This document shows, piece after piece, positions 8,984 to 19,847 of a DNA stretch of 64,000 nt; position 1 is the stretch's first letter; every line of letters begins with the position of its first letter. Origin of the DNA: Pseudomonadota bacterium (GTDB lineage Bacteria > Pseudomonadota > Alphaproteobacteria > Rickettsiales > UBA1997); the NCBI GenBank assembly GCA_018970485.1, contig JAGWWH010000004.1:7595-71594 (forward strand), read 5' to 3'. A model generated the notes under the pieces. It was not told the origin of the DNA. It searched no databases and was given only the letters and a program-made list of their open reading frames with translations. Both the position numbers and the translations under genes were made by a program.

Positions 8984-9338
8984 ATGCAGGATTTTTCTAA
9001 ATTAATTCGTAATGCCAATGATGAACTCACGAAAGATGGAGAGCCATTTAAATATCTAAGCAGTAGTCGAAATGGCTTCAGCAATAAACAAATAGTTTGG
9101 ATATTCTGAATCTCACTTCATCAACACAAATATTTACAAAAAATATCAGGGCAGAAGTGGGGTCAAAAAGCTCTATTCAAAAAATGAAGAATATGATTCC
9201 GATATCTTTGTAACCGATGAAGTTTGGGAAAGTGCAGAAATTAATGACGATCTCTGCATCGAGGAGAGATCGGGGCTGCTCGGATACAAATGGATCAACA
9301 GATATCACCTTGGAATCTGCGGTAGTACGAAATTTTAG
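8984..9338 (+). pseudogene. Frameshifted ORF of unknown function. It comprises a 41-codon ATG ORF (8984-9109) and an 80-codon Met-less open frame (9096-9338) displaced by +1.
   Basis: My own translation gives MQDFSKLIRNANDELTKDGEPFKYLSSSRNGFSNKQIVWIF* followed, in the +1 frame, by [80 protein letters not shown]. It lies in a 413-bp gap that otherwise has no gene. Confidence 0.4.
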
Positions 9339-9643
9339 GACTTCAAAATCTCCTGCAACTCACCTGACTGAAACATCTCTTTCACGATGTCACAACCACC
9401 AATGAACTCACCTTTAACATAAAGTTGAGGAATTGTCGGCCAGTCAGAAAAATCTTTGATTCCTTGACGAATTTCTGGATCACGAAGCACATCAACATCT
9501 AAAAAATCGACGCCAGAATTCTTTAAAATCTGCACAACAACCGCGGAAAATCCACATTGTGGGAAATCTTTGTTGCCCTTCATGTAAAGAACGACGTTAT
9601 TGCTTGAGATTGTTTCCTGAATTTTTTCTTGAGCGCTAGACAT
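9335..9643 (-). CDS. grxD: Monothiol glutaredoxin (Grx4/GrxD family, CGFS active site)
   Basis: Contains [17 protein letters not shown] and [19 protein letters not shown] chose the start at MSSAQEKI (9643) rather than the ORF-track start at 9685, which would run into bolA. Confidence 0.92.
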   Translation of the reverse strand: MSSAQEKIQETISSNNVVLYMKGNKDFPQCGFSAVVVQILKNSGVDFLDVDVLRDPEIRQGIKDFSDWPTIPQLYVKGEFIGGCDIVKEMFQSGELQEILKS

Positions 9644-9869
9644 TAGAAGAAGTTTTGATTTGTAAGGCATGAAGCGTAGTTCCAAGAATTCCTTTTAACG
9701 CTTCATTAACAATTTTGTGCTGTGCAACGCGTGTTTTTCCAGCAAATATTTCATCAGAAATATGAATAGAATAATGATCTGAATCGCCGGCTAAATCAGT
9801 GATTTCGATCTTGGCTTTGGGAAATTTTTCGGCCAGAAGCCTTTGTAAATCTTGTTGTAAAATAGGCAT
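9636..9869 (-). CDS. bolA: BolA family protein
   Basis: 77 aa. Contains [34 protein letters not shown]...LHALQIKT. The bolA-grxD pairing is conserved. Confidence 0.85.
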   Translation of the reverse strand: MPILQQDLQRLLAEKFPKAKIEITDLAGDSDHYSIHISDEIFAGKTRVAQHKIVNEALKGILGTTLHALQIKTSSNV

Positions 9870-9893
9870 AAAAAAGGGCGGTTTTACCCGCCC
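9870..9893 (-). terminator. Rho-independent terminator downstream of pnp
   Basis: The minus strand reads GGGCGGG-TAAAA-CCGCCC followed by TTTTTT, 36 nt after the pnp stop. Confidence 0.8.
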
Positions 9894-9929
9894 TACTTTT
9901 ACCTCGGAAAAACCAAGGTTATTTAATTA

Positions 9930-12308
9930 TTAACCGAAAAAACCACGGCGTTTTTTTGGAGCACCACCACCATCACGGTCATCGCGATCTCCGCCACTTC
10001 TGCGGTCACCACGATCATCGCGATCACGTCCGCCACCTCTACGGTCGCCGCCGCGGTCATCGCGATCACGACCACCTCTACGATCACCGCCACGGTCATC
10101 GCGATCGCGTCCACCACCTCTACGATCACCACCGCGGTCATCACGACCGCCAGATTCTCTTTCGTCGATCATTTGCGGCTTATTTGGAAGGCGCTCAGTA
10201 ATATCTTCGCCAGTTGTTTGATCAACACAGCGGAAGCTCAATTTTGGACGACCCTTTTTGTCAAAACCAATTACTTTAACTTTTATTACATCGCCCTCGT
10301 TAATGATATCTTCAACGAAATCGACACGATATTCAGCCAGTTCAGAGATATGAACGAATCCGTCGCGATTATTAGAAATGCTAACGAAAGCGCCGGCATC
10401 AATTACTTTTACGACTGGACCTTCGTAGATATCTCCTATCTCTGGTTCGAAAGTAATTTCGTTAATCATCGCGACCGCTTTTTTAACAGCTTCGCTGTTG
10501 CTCGAGGAAATTTTTACCACTCCATTGTCATCAACATCGACCGCGGCTCCAGAAACTGCGCAAATTTCTTTTATTACCGCACCTCGCGCACCAATAACTT
10601 CACGAATTTTCTTTTGAGGAATATTCATTATTTCAACGCGCGGAACATTTCCATTTAGTTCAGCCCTGGACGAGGACATAACTGCACACATTTTATCAAG
10701 AATGTGAAGTCTTCCAACATTAGCTTGCTCAAGAGCTTTTTGCATAATCTCAACGGTAATGCCGTTGATTTTGATATCCATTTGAAGCGATGTAATGCCT
10801 TCTGCAGTTCCAGCTACCTTGAAGTCCATATCACCAAGATGATCTTCATCACCCATGATGTCTGAAAGAATAACATAATCGTTACCTTCTTTGATCAATC
10901 CCATCGCGATTCCAGAGACTGGAGCCTTGATCGGAACGCCGGCATCCATCAAAGCAAGTGAAGCTCCACAAACCGAAGCCATTGATGACGAACCATTTGA
11001 TTCAGTGATTTCAGAGACAACCCGTGCTGCGTAACTAAATTGTTCAGGGGTTGGGAATACTGGGTTCAGAGCTCTCCAAGCCAATTTTCCGTGGCCGATT
11101 TCACGACGTCCTGGAGATTTCAATTGTCCAGTTTCACCTACTGAATAAGGAGGAAAGTTGTAGTGAAGCATGAAAGATTCTTCAGACATGCCTGGATCAA
11201 GATTCTCGATCAATTGTTTATCTTTTCCAGTCGCACCAAGGGTTGCTGTAACAAGAGCTTGTGTTTCACCGCGAGTAAAAAGAGCTGATCCGTGAACTTG
11301 TGGAAGTATTCCGGTTTCGATTTCTATACGACGAACATCAGTTGTTGAGCGACCGTCAATTCTTTTGCCGGTTTTTAACACATCATTGCGCACGATTTCT
11401 TGCGCGAGAGTTTTGAAAATTGATTTAACTTTATTCGCATCAACAGATTCGCTAACGAATTTATTTTTTACGTCACTGAAAATTTCATCTAAATCAGAAG
11501 AGCGAGCTTGTTTCTCTTGTTTCTTGTAAGCAGCGATTAGGCGATCACCTATAAAGATAGAGATTTCATTTTTAACTGAAGAATGATCAGCTTTTGCCAC
11601 TTCAATTTTCTTCTTACCAGCATCCTCTTTTAGGGACTTGATCATCGTGATCACTGGCTGGAAAGATTGGTGAGCGAATGTGATCGCTTCCAACATCTTG
11701 GATTCAGAAAGCTCTTTTGCTTCTGACTCAATCATCAAAACAGATGATTCTGTACCAGCAACAACTAGATCTAAGCTACTAGTCTTAAGCTCTTCAATAC
11801 TTGGATTAATAACGAACTCACCATTTATAATCGCGACCCTAGCTCCAGCAATAGGCTCAAGGAATGGGGCTTCGGAAATCTCTAAAGCAGCAGATGCACC
11901 AATCAATGCAGCAATGTCTGGGGTGCAAGTTGGGTCGTAAGAAAGAACGGTGCAAACAACGTTCACTTCATTGTAAAAATTAGAAGGAAAGAGTGGACGA
12001 ATCGGACGATCAATCAAACGAGAAGTTAGGGTTGCCGCATCGGATGGTTTAGTTTCGCGCTTAAAGAAGCCTCCTGGAATTTTCCCAGCAGCGTAAGATT
12101 TTTCGAGATAGTTTACAGTAAGAGGAAAAAAATCAGCTCCATCCATCGCTTTACTAGCAACAGTTACGGCGCAAAGAACTGTGGTATTGCCATATTTTAC
12201 AACAACAGAGCCGCTAGCTTGACGAGCAATCTTTCCCGTCTCTAAAGAGAGGGGTTTTCCGTTCCAATCAATTTGTTTTTTGATCACATTAAACATAGTT
12301 TCGGACAT
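9930..12308 (-). CDS. pnp: Polyribonucleotide nucleotidyltransferase (PNPase) with an atypical C-terminal R/G/D-rich repeat tail
   Basis: 792 aa. Two RNase PH domains, KH and S1 domains (…GFVHISELA…VIGFDKKGRPKLSFR), then about 90 extra residues ending in the GGRDDRGGDRRGGG... repeats. Confidence 0.97.
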   Translation of the reverse strand: MSETMFNVIKKQIDWNGKPLSLETGKIARQASGSVVVKYGNTTVLCAVTVASKAMDGADFFPLTVNYLEKSYAAGKIPGGFFKRETKPSDAATLTSRLIDRPIRPLFPSNFYNEVNVVCTVLSYDPTCTPDIAALIGASAALEISEAPFLEPIAGARVAIINGEFVINPSIEELKTSSLDLVVAGTESSVLMIESEAKELSESKMLEAITFAHQSFQPVITMIKSLKEDAGKKKIEVAKADHSSVKNEISIFIGDRLIAAYKKQEKQARSSDLDEIFSDVKNKFVSESVDANKVKSIFKTLAQEIVRNDVLKTGKRIDGRSTTDVRRIEIETGILPQVHGSALFTRGETQALVTATLGATGKDKQLIENLDPGMSEESFMLHYNFPPYSVGETGQLKSPGRREIGHGKLAWRALNPVFPTPEQFSYAARVVSEITESNGSSSMASVCGASLALMDAGVPIKAPVSGIAMGLIKEGNDYVILSDIMGDEDHLGDMDFKVAGTAEGITSLQMDIKINGITVEIMQKALEQANVGRLHILDKMCAVMSSSRAELNGNVPRVEIMNIPQKKIREVIGARGAVIKEICAVSGAAVDVDDNGVVKISSSNSEAVKKAVAMINEITFEPEIGDIYEGPVVKVIDAGAFVSISNNRDGFVHISELAEYRVDFVEDIINEGDVIKVKVIGFDKKGRPKLSFRCVDQTTGEDITERLPNKPQMIDERESGGRDDRGGDRRGGGRDRDDRGGDRRGGRDRDDRGGDRRGGGRDRDDRGDRRSGGDRDDRDGGGAPKKRRGFFG
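9963..10151. repeat. Coding tandem repeat of about 4.5 units of 39-42 bp, encoding (R)DRDDRGGDRRGG(G) within the pnp 3' end
   Basis: Protein-level repeats are GRDDRGGDRRGGG / RDRDDRGGDRRGG / RDRDDRGGDRRGGG / RDRDDRGDRRSGG / DRDDRDGGG. The periodicity is also visible in the DNA (…cgcgatcacg[t/a]cc[g/a]ccacctctacg[g/a]tc…). Confidence 0.85.
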
Positions 12309-12441
12309 ATTTTCAGCTTTTTTAAGTTAAGGTTTTAGGTATTAATTAAATGAAGGGTATCACTACAGAGGTAAGAGTAAGTAGCGGTGTTTATAAACAT
12401 CAAACCGAGTCTATTTGGAGACATTGGTTACGAAAGAGGGT

Positions 12442-12711
12442 TTATTTACGGATCTCGAGCTTTTTGATAAGAACTTCGTAACGCTTGGAATTAGAAGACT
12501 TTAGGTAATCAAGTAAACTTCTTCTCTTTCCAACAAGAATGAGTAGGCCGCGACGCGAGGAGAAATCTTTTTTATGAGATTCCAGATGTTTGGATAGATT
12601 TTCGATCTGTTGAGTGATGATCGCGCACTGTACTTCAACCGAACCGCTATCATTTTTAGATTGAGCGAAGTCGGCGATAACTTCTTTTTTTGATTTATTC
12701 AAAAGAGACAT
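12442..12711 (-). CDS. rpsO: 30S ribosomal protein S15
   Basis: 89 aa. Contains GSVEVQCAIITQQIENLSKHLESHKKDFSSRRGLLILVGKRRSLLDYL. Confidence 0.97.
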   Translation of the reverse strand: MSLLNKSKKEVIADFAQSKNDSGSVEVQCAIITQQIENLSKHLESHKKDFSSRRGLLILVGKRRSLLDYLKSSNSKRYEVLIKKLEIRK

Positions 12712-12744
12712 TTTTTGTTTTTGAAATTTTATAGAAACTAGTCA

Positions 12745-13463
12745 CTAGAGCACTTGAAGACATCCTGCGGGAAAAAGCAGCGAGCCATCTGAAAAGCGGG
12801 GCGCGTAATTAGTCGCCGCTTTTAAAGCGTCAAGAGAAATAGTTTTTTCGTAACAAAGATCTCCTACGCTCAAACGCGTTAACTTTGAAACATACCCACA
12901 TACTCCAACTTTTTTACAAATATCTCTAGCTAGAGAGCGAACATAAGTTCCTTTTCCACATTCAATTTTGAAATCAGCGTAATCTCGATTATTCTCGGTT
13001 AGATTGAGTGAAAAAATCTCTACTTCACGCGAAGGTATTTCAAATAATACTTCCTTTCTAGCTAATTCATAAGCGCGCTTTCCAGCGATTTTAATTGCCG
13101 AAAAACGCGAAGGTGATTGAAGAATTTTTCCGATAAAAATTGGTAGGACAGAAATTATTTCCTCAGTAGTTGGTCTCGCAGAACTAGATTCTACGATTTT
13201 TCCTTCGACATCATCAGTATCACGAAATTCGCCAAAAGTGATGCGGAAAAAATATTTTTTTCTTGTCGAAACTAATTTTTCTGTAGTTTTTGTAGCACGA
13301 TTTAAAGCAACCGGAAGTACGCCACAGGCAAATGGATCAAGAGTTCCTCCATGCCCAACTTTTTTGGCTTTGGTAGTTTTTTTGACAATTGTCACTACTT
13401 TAGCCGAGGAGATCCCAGCGGGTTTATTGATATTGATCCAAATATTCTGATCTCGCAGCAACA

Positions 13464-13464
<1 letters not shown>
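12745..13464 (-). CDS. truB: tRNA pseudouridine(55) synthase TruB. Short form, catalytic domain only.
   Basis: Contains KPAGISS...GHGGTLDPFACGVLPVAL (catalytic Asp) and ECGKGTYVRSLARD. At 239 aa there is no room for a C-terminal PUA domain. Confidence 0.9.
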
Positions 13465-14997
<1,533 letters not shown>

Positions 14998-15001
<4 letters not shown>

Positions 15002-16446
15002 ACCGACATCAACACTCGCGCCTTGTTCAGACATTCTTGATATTCTGATTCTGGATCAGAATCGAAGACAACTCCGGCGCCAGTTTGTAAGTGAATTTTG
15101 CCCTCTCTAATCAAAGCCGATCTTAGAGTGATACAAGTCTCCATGTCGCCATTACTAGCAAAATATCCAACACATCCCGCGTAAAAACTACGACGAACTT
15201 TTTCGATTTCTTCGATAATTCCCATCGCGCGAATTTTTGGCGCACCAGAAACTGTACCAGCTGGAAAGCCAGCGACTAGAGCATCGAGCGCGTCAAATTC
15301 CTCGCGCAAAATTCCTTCAACGTTGGAGGAAATGTGCATTACATGTGAATAATTTTCGACAGTCATTTTTTCGGTAACTACTACCGAACCAGAAACAGCA
15401 ACACTTCCGACATCATGTCGACCGAGATCAATTAACATTAAATGCTCCGCAACTTCTTTCTCGTCGTTCAGAAGTTCAGCGGCGATTTTCTTATCCTCGA
15501 CTTCATTTTTACCGCGCTTACGCGTTCCGGCAAGTGGACGAATGGTAACTTTTTTATTTTTTAAAGAGACCATGATCTCAGGACTAGAGCCGGTCAAAAC
15601 GAAATCATCAAACTTCAAATAAAATAAAAATGGCGAAGGATTCACCAAGCGCAGCGAGCGATAAAAAGAAAATTCATCAAAATTTTCGTCGCATTTTGCG
15701 GTAAATCGCTGCGACGGCAAAACCTGAAAAATATCACCGTCCGTAATGTATTTTTTTGCCTGCCTAACCATTCCACAATATTCTTCTTTAGAGCAATTTG
15801 AGGAGAATTGTAAATTGTGTTTAGCAACGATTGGCGAGGTTTCGTGGGTCTTGGTTAGAATCTCTTCAATCGTCTCTATTCTGGCTAAAACAGAAGAATA
15901 ATTTTGCTTCGAAAAAACCGGTGCGCAGATCAAAGCGCAGTCAAAAAGACTATCAAAAACAACAATGATTTGCGGGCGAATGAAGATGCTATCCGGAATT
16001 TTTATTTCGTCGGGAAGGTTGTGATTAGAAATTTTTTCCATCAGACGAATCATGTCGTAGCTCATGTAGCCAAAAATTCCCGAAGCCATTGCTGGCAAGG
16101 CTGAAAGCCCATGAGTAAGATCATCCCAATTAATTTGCGACTCTTTGACCAAATTACGAAAATTGTCCAAAGCTTGGCCATTTTCTTCACGATCATCACG
16201 AAATGATTTTTCACCAACACATCTCCAGATTAGATCTGGCATGCATCCAAGCACTGAAAATCTTCCCTTGTGACTTCCTTTCTCAACTGACTCAAACAAA
16301 AAATGGTGCTCAGGAAAATGTTGAAAAATTTTCAGCGAAGCCAGAACTGGCGTGATCACATCCGCCGGAATTTTTTTAAACAAAACTGTGCGACCAGATT
16401 TTTCTAGTGCAGAATCGAATTCGGCTTCGCTCAGATTGTAACTCAT
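14998..16446 (-). CDS. Chorismate-utilising enzyme: anthranilate synthase component I / aminodeoxychorismate synthase family (TrpE/PabB)
   Basis: 482 aa. Contains RPLAGTRKRG, EHLMLIDLGRHDVG, FPAGTVSGAPKIRAM and GCVGYF. The PLAGT motif looks more TrpE-like. No trpG, trpD or pabA gene is nearby. Confidence 0.8.
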
Positions 16447-16449
16447 TAC

Positions 16450-18372
16450 CTATTCTTCTTGCTTCACCTGTTTACCAAAAACTTTATCGTTGGTTTTGAC
16501 TGGATAGCGCGAGAGTAAGTAGGCGTTGTATTCACTCATCACTTCATTTCTAAATTCATCAGCAGCTTTTGCTTTGACTTGCTCTAATTGAATTTGGTTT
16601 AGAGGTGATTTTTTTATTTCACGCAAAACACCAATCACAAACTGATCCTCAGACTGGCTGGCGACAGAAGTTGCCTCTCCCACTTTAGTCGCAAATAAGT
16701 ATTTCGAGAATTGATCTTGGTAAGGGATTTGGCGTCCTTGAAAATTTAGGTAAAAAATGCGCGGAAACTCTCGAGATTTGTCAAATTTTGCGCGATATTT
16801 TGCGGCAACTTGTGCGATTGAATTAGGATTTTCTTTTAACTCCTCTTCAATTTTTTTAGCTAGATCTAGCAACGCTTCTCGTCTTTTAGCCCCAAGCAAA
16901 TCTTCGATTACTTTGGATTTTGCTTCCACTAACTCGAGCTGTTTTGATGGCAAAATCTCTTCAACGAATAAGGCATAAAATCCTCCAGAAATTTCAGACT
17001 GAAAAATCTTTGAAACCTGCTTCTCTTTTAAAGCAAAAGCGTTGGCGGCGAAATTGGCTAAACTCTTAATTTCGGAAATCTCAGAACCTTTTTCTTCAAC
17101 CAAAACGGGTGCAGATAGTTTTAGATTAAACTTCTTGGCTGCATCAGAAAGTGAGTTGCTAGTCAAAAGAAAATCATCAATTGCAGAAATCTTTTCTTGC
17201 AAAACTTTCTCTTCTCTACCCTGCGCTAGCTTGACTTTGATTGCATTTTTAACTTCCGCAAAAGGCATGAGCTGCGGCTGCTTAATTTCGTTTAGTAAGA
17301 AAACGTGAAAACCGAGCGGACTCTGAATCACTTGGCTTTTCTCATTTAAACCAAGCTTGAAAACCTGATCAGCAATTTGCGCAATCAAGTCTCTTTGCGA
17401 GATATTTAGCATGCTTATCTCTTTTGCGCCTTTTTTTAATAAGCTTTTGGCCAGCTTTTCAAATTCGGGTTTTAACTTTGATTTATCAGCTCCAGAAGAC
17501 GCTTCGAGTTTTTGTAAAAAGTTTTTTGCATCTTCCTCTTTGTCGAAAACAACGTGGTAAAAACTACGCGTCTCAGGCTTGGTGAATTGCTCTTTATCCT
17601 TCTCATATTCAGCAAGAATTTCTTGATCAGAAATTACTAAATCTTTGGCGAAATCTTTTTTTGTAAAACTCAAATAAGAGACCTTACGACGCTCTGGCAG
17701 AATGTATTGCGACTGATTTTCAGCAAAGAATTTCTGTAATTCTTCTTCAGTTGGTTTCGCGATATTTGTGATATTTTTTGCTGAAATTGTAATTACATCC
17801 GCAACACGCTTTTCCTGATTAAAACCTTCAACTCTAGCGACAACTTGATCAGAGATTGGAGCGGCGAGAGAGAAAGACTGAAGTATCATTCTAGCAGAAA
17901 TTCCGCTAGCAATTTCGCTAACATATCTCTCTTCGTTTAAGCCATTTTTCTTCAAGAATTCTTCAAATTTTTTGCGATCAAATTTTCCGCTTTCATTCTT
18001 GAAACTCGGGTCTTTGGCGATTGATTCTAAAATGATTTTTTTACTCGCAGAAATATCGAAATCATCCGACAATTTCTTCACCATCACTTGATTAACTAAA
18101 CGACCCAAAACATCTGATTTGAAACGATCCGATTCGAGATATTTTAGCGCTTCTTCACTATTTCCTGATGAGGCCAAAATAACTTCACGATCTGCGCGCA
18201 GCGCTGAATTGAGTTGATTAGAACTAATTTCATCTCCACCAATTTTTGCTACCCAATTATTTGGACTACCGAGAATAAAACTACTAACGCCAAACAGCAC
18301 AAAGCTTAGAGCGACAAAGGATAGAATGATTTTAAAGAAAATGGTGTTGGCCAGTTTACGGAAGAATTGCAT
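16450..18372 (-). CDS. ppiD: Periplasmic chaperone PpiD-like (SurA N-terminal plus parvulin-like domain), membrane-anchored
   Basis: 640 aa. An N-terminal TM helix followed by VAKIGGDEISSNQL, and an internal rotamase-like segment (SPLGFHVFLLNEI). Confidence 0.8.
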   Translation of the reverse strand: MQFFRKLANTIFFKIILSFVALSFVLFGVSSFILGSPNNWVAKIGGDEISSNQLNSALRADREVILASSGNSEEALKYLESDRFKSDVLGRLVNQVMVKKLSDDFDISASKKIILESIAKDPSFKNESGKFDRKKFEEFLKKNGLNEERYVSEIASGISARMILQSFSLAAPISDQVVARVEGFNQEKRVADVITISAKNITNIAKPTEEELQKFFAENQSQYILPERRKVSYLSFTKKDFAKDLVISDQEILAEYEKDKEQFTKPETRSFYHVVFDKEEDAKNFLQKLEASSGADKSKLKPEFEKLAKSLLKKGAKEISMLNISQRDLIAQIADQVFKLGLNEKSQVIQSPLGFHVFLLNEIKQPQLMPFAEVKNAIKVKLAQGREEKVLQEKISAIDDFLLTSNSLSDAAKKFNLKLSAPVLVEEKGSEISEIKSLANFAANAFALKEKQVSKIFQSEISGGFYALFVEEILPSKQLELVEAKSKVIEDLLGAKRREALLDLAKKIEEELKENPNSIAQVAAKYRAKFDKSREFPRIFYLNFQGRQIPYQDQFSKYLFATKVGEATSVASQSEDQFVIGVLREIKKSPLNQIQLEQVKAKAADEFRNEVMSEYNAYLLSRYPVKTNDKVFGKQVKQEE

Positions 18373-18511
18373 GTGTTTTGTAAGGAAAATTTTAAAAGCA
18401 AAATTAGGGCGCGCCTTAATAGAGAAGGCATTTCACAAATCAATTAATGACTTGCGAAAAATTCACTCACAAAAAATATTCCCGCCCTCCCTTTTCCTTG
18501 ATTAAAAACGC

Positions 18512-19753
18512 ATGCTAATAGTCCAAAAATTTGGCGGCACTTCAGTTGGCGATATTGCGCGCATCAAAAATGTCGCCAAGAAAGTCAAAGCCGAACTCGA
18601 TAAAAAAAATAAAGTGATCGTTGTTGTTTCAGCGATGTCTGGCGTAACCAATCAATTGGTTGATTACTGCAATCAGGTCTCGTCCTTAACCGATGATTCT
18701 TCACTTGGCGAATATGATTCTGTGATTGCCACCGGTGAACAAATTACCTGCGGATTGCTCGCCCTCGAACTGCAATCAATTGGTTACAAAGCTAGGTCTC
18801 TCTTGGGCTGGCAGATTCCAATAAAAACCGATTCCATTCACAGTAAAGCTCGAATCGAATCAATTGATGGCGAATATTTAATAAGTTTGCTCGATCAATT
18901 TGACGTGATTGTGATCGCCGGATTTCAAGGAATTCACGAAGAATCAAATCGCATTACCACCCTCGGACGCGGTGGATCAGACACTTCCGCCGTTGCAATC
19001 GCCGCTGCAGTTAAAGCTGATCTGTGTGACATCTACACCGACGTTAATGGCGTCTACACAACAGATCCGCGCATCACCGACAAAGCTCGTTTGCTGAAAA
19101 AAGTCACCTACGAAGAAATGTTGGAAATGGCTTACAGCGGATCAAAAGTTCTGCAAACCCGCTCAGTTGCAATGGCCATGGCCCACAACGTGCGTGTGCG
19201 CGTGCTCTCAACTTTTGAAGAAGTTAACGAAAATTCAGGAACAGTTTTAGTAAATAATAACGAGGAAATCATGGAACGCAGACTCATTACCGGCATCAGC
19301 TACAGCAAGAACGATGTACGCATTACTTTATTAAACATGCCCGACCATCCGGGTCTTTCGGCAACAATTTTTGGCGCCTTGGCACAGAAGGAAGTTAACG
19401 TCGACATGATTGTGCAAAATATCAGCTCGGACGGAAAATACATCGACATCACATTCACTGCCGGCAAAGACGAACTTGAACGCGCCAAGCTGGCGCTTGA
19501 TTCAATCAAGGACGAGGTAAAATTTTCTGAAGTAAAAATTGACGACAATATTGCCAAAATTTCAGTAATTGGTGTCGGCATGATTAGCCATTCTGGCGTT
19601 GCTCACACAATGTTTAGAACCTTGGCAGAGAAAGGAATTAACCTGCTTTTGATCTCAACTTCAGAAATCAAAATTTCGGTTTTGATCGCCAAAGAATACG
19701 GGGAGCTCGCAGTGAGAATTCTTCACGACGCTTATGGCTTAGGGAAAAAGTAA
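18512..19753 (+). CDS. lysC: Aspartate kinase
   Basis: Contains MLIVQKFGGTSVGD, VVVVSAMSGVTN and GRGGSDTSAV, plus two C-terminal ACT domains. Confidence 0.95.
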   Translation: MLIVQKFGGTSVGDIARIKNVAKKVKAELDKKNKVIVVVSAMSGVTNQLVDYCNQVSSLTDDSSLGEYDSVIATGEQITCGLLALELQSIGYKARSLLGWQIPIKTDSIHSKARIESIDGEYLISLLDQFDVIVIAGFQGIHEESNRITTLGRGGSDTSAVAIAAAVKADLCDIYTDVNGVYTTDPRITDKARLLKKVTYEEMLEMAYSGSKVLQTRSVAMAMAHNVRVRVLSTFEEVNENSGTVLVNNNEEIMERRLITGISYSKNDVRITLLNMPDHPGLSATIFGALAQKEVNVDMIVQNISSDGKYIDITFTAGKDELERAKLALDSIKDEVKFSEVKIDDNIAKISVIGVGMISHSGVAHTMFRTLAEKGINLLLISTSEIKISVLIAKEYGELAVRILHDAYGLGKK

Positions 19754-19780
19754 TCACACCCACTCGACCAACAAAAAACT

Positions 19781-19805
19781 AGATTTTCTCTGCTAGAGAA
19801 AATCT
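19781..19805. terminator. 11-bp stem hairpin AGATTTTCTCT-GCT-AGAGAAAATCT between the convergent lysC and hdaA genes
   Basis: A perfect inverted repeat read directly. It is AT-rich and flanked by an A-run on one side. It is a plausible bidirectional terminator. Confidence 0.5.
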
Positions 19806-19847
19806 CACTTTGACCAATAGCGGAGAGGCTAGAAGAACTACGTTTTT

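Noticed and set aside
9095-9112. Possible RF2-style programmed +1 frameshift at TTC TGA A, joining the two halves of the 8984-9338 ORF
   Set aside because: There is no Shine-Dalgarno-like stimulator upstream, the slippery context differs from CUU UGA C, and the protein is not a release factor. A pseudogene or an indel is the simpler explanation, so I kept it only as a low-interest finding.
9923-10201. ORFs rich in His/Arg/Asp and in Val/Ala/Met (9956-10201 on the plus strand, 9923-10144 on the minus strand) that look like exotic metal-binding or repeat proteins
   Set aside because: They are alternative-frame or antisense readings of the pnp C-terminal tandem repeat. The pnp frame is continuous with a complete PNPase, so these are frame artefacts of a low-complexity repeat.
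12309-12441. Searched the rpsO-pnp intergenic leader for the RNase III-type autoregulatory hairpin known from the E. coli pnp gene
   Set aside because: Only imperfect, interrupted complementarity is visible by eye (AACCAATGTCT.../...AGACTCGGTT). It is not strong enough to call without a folding program.
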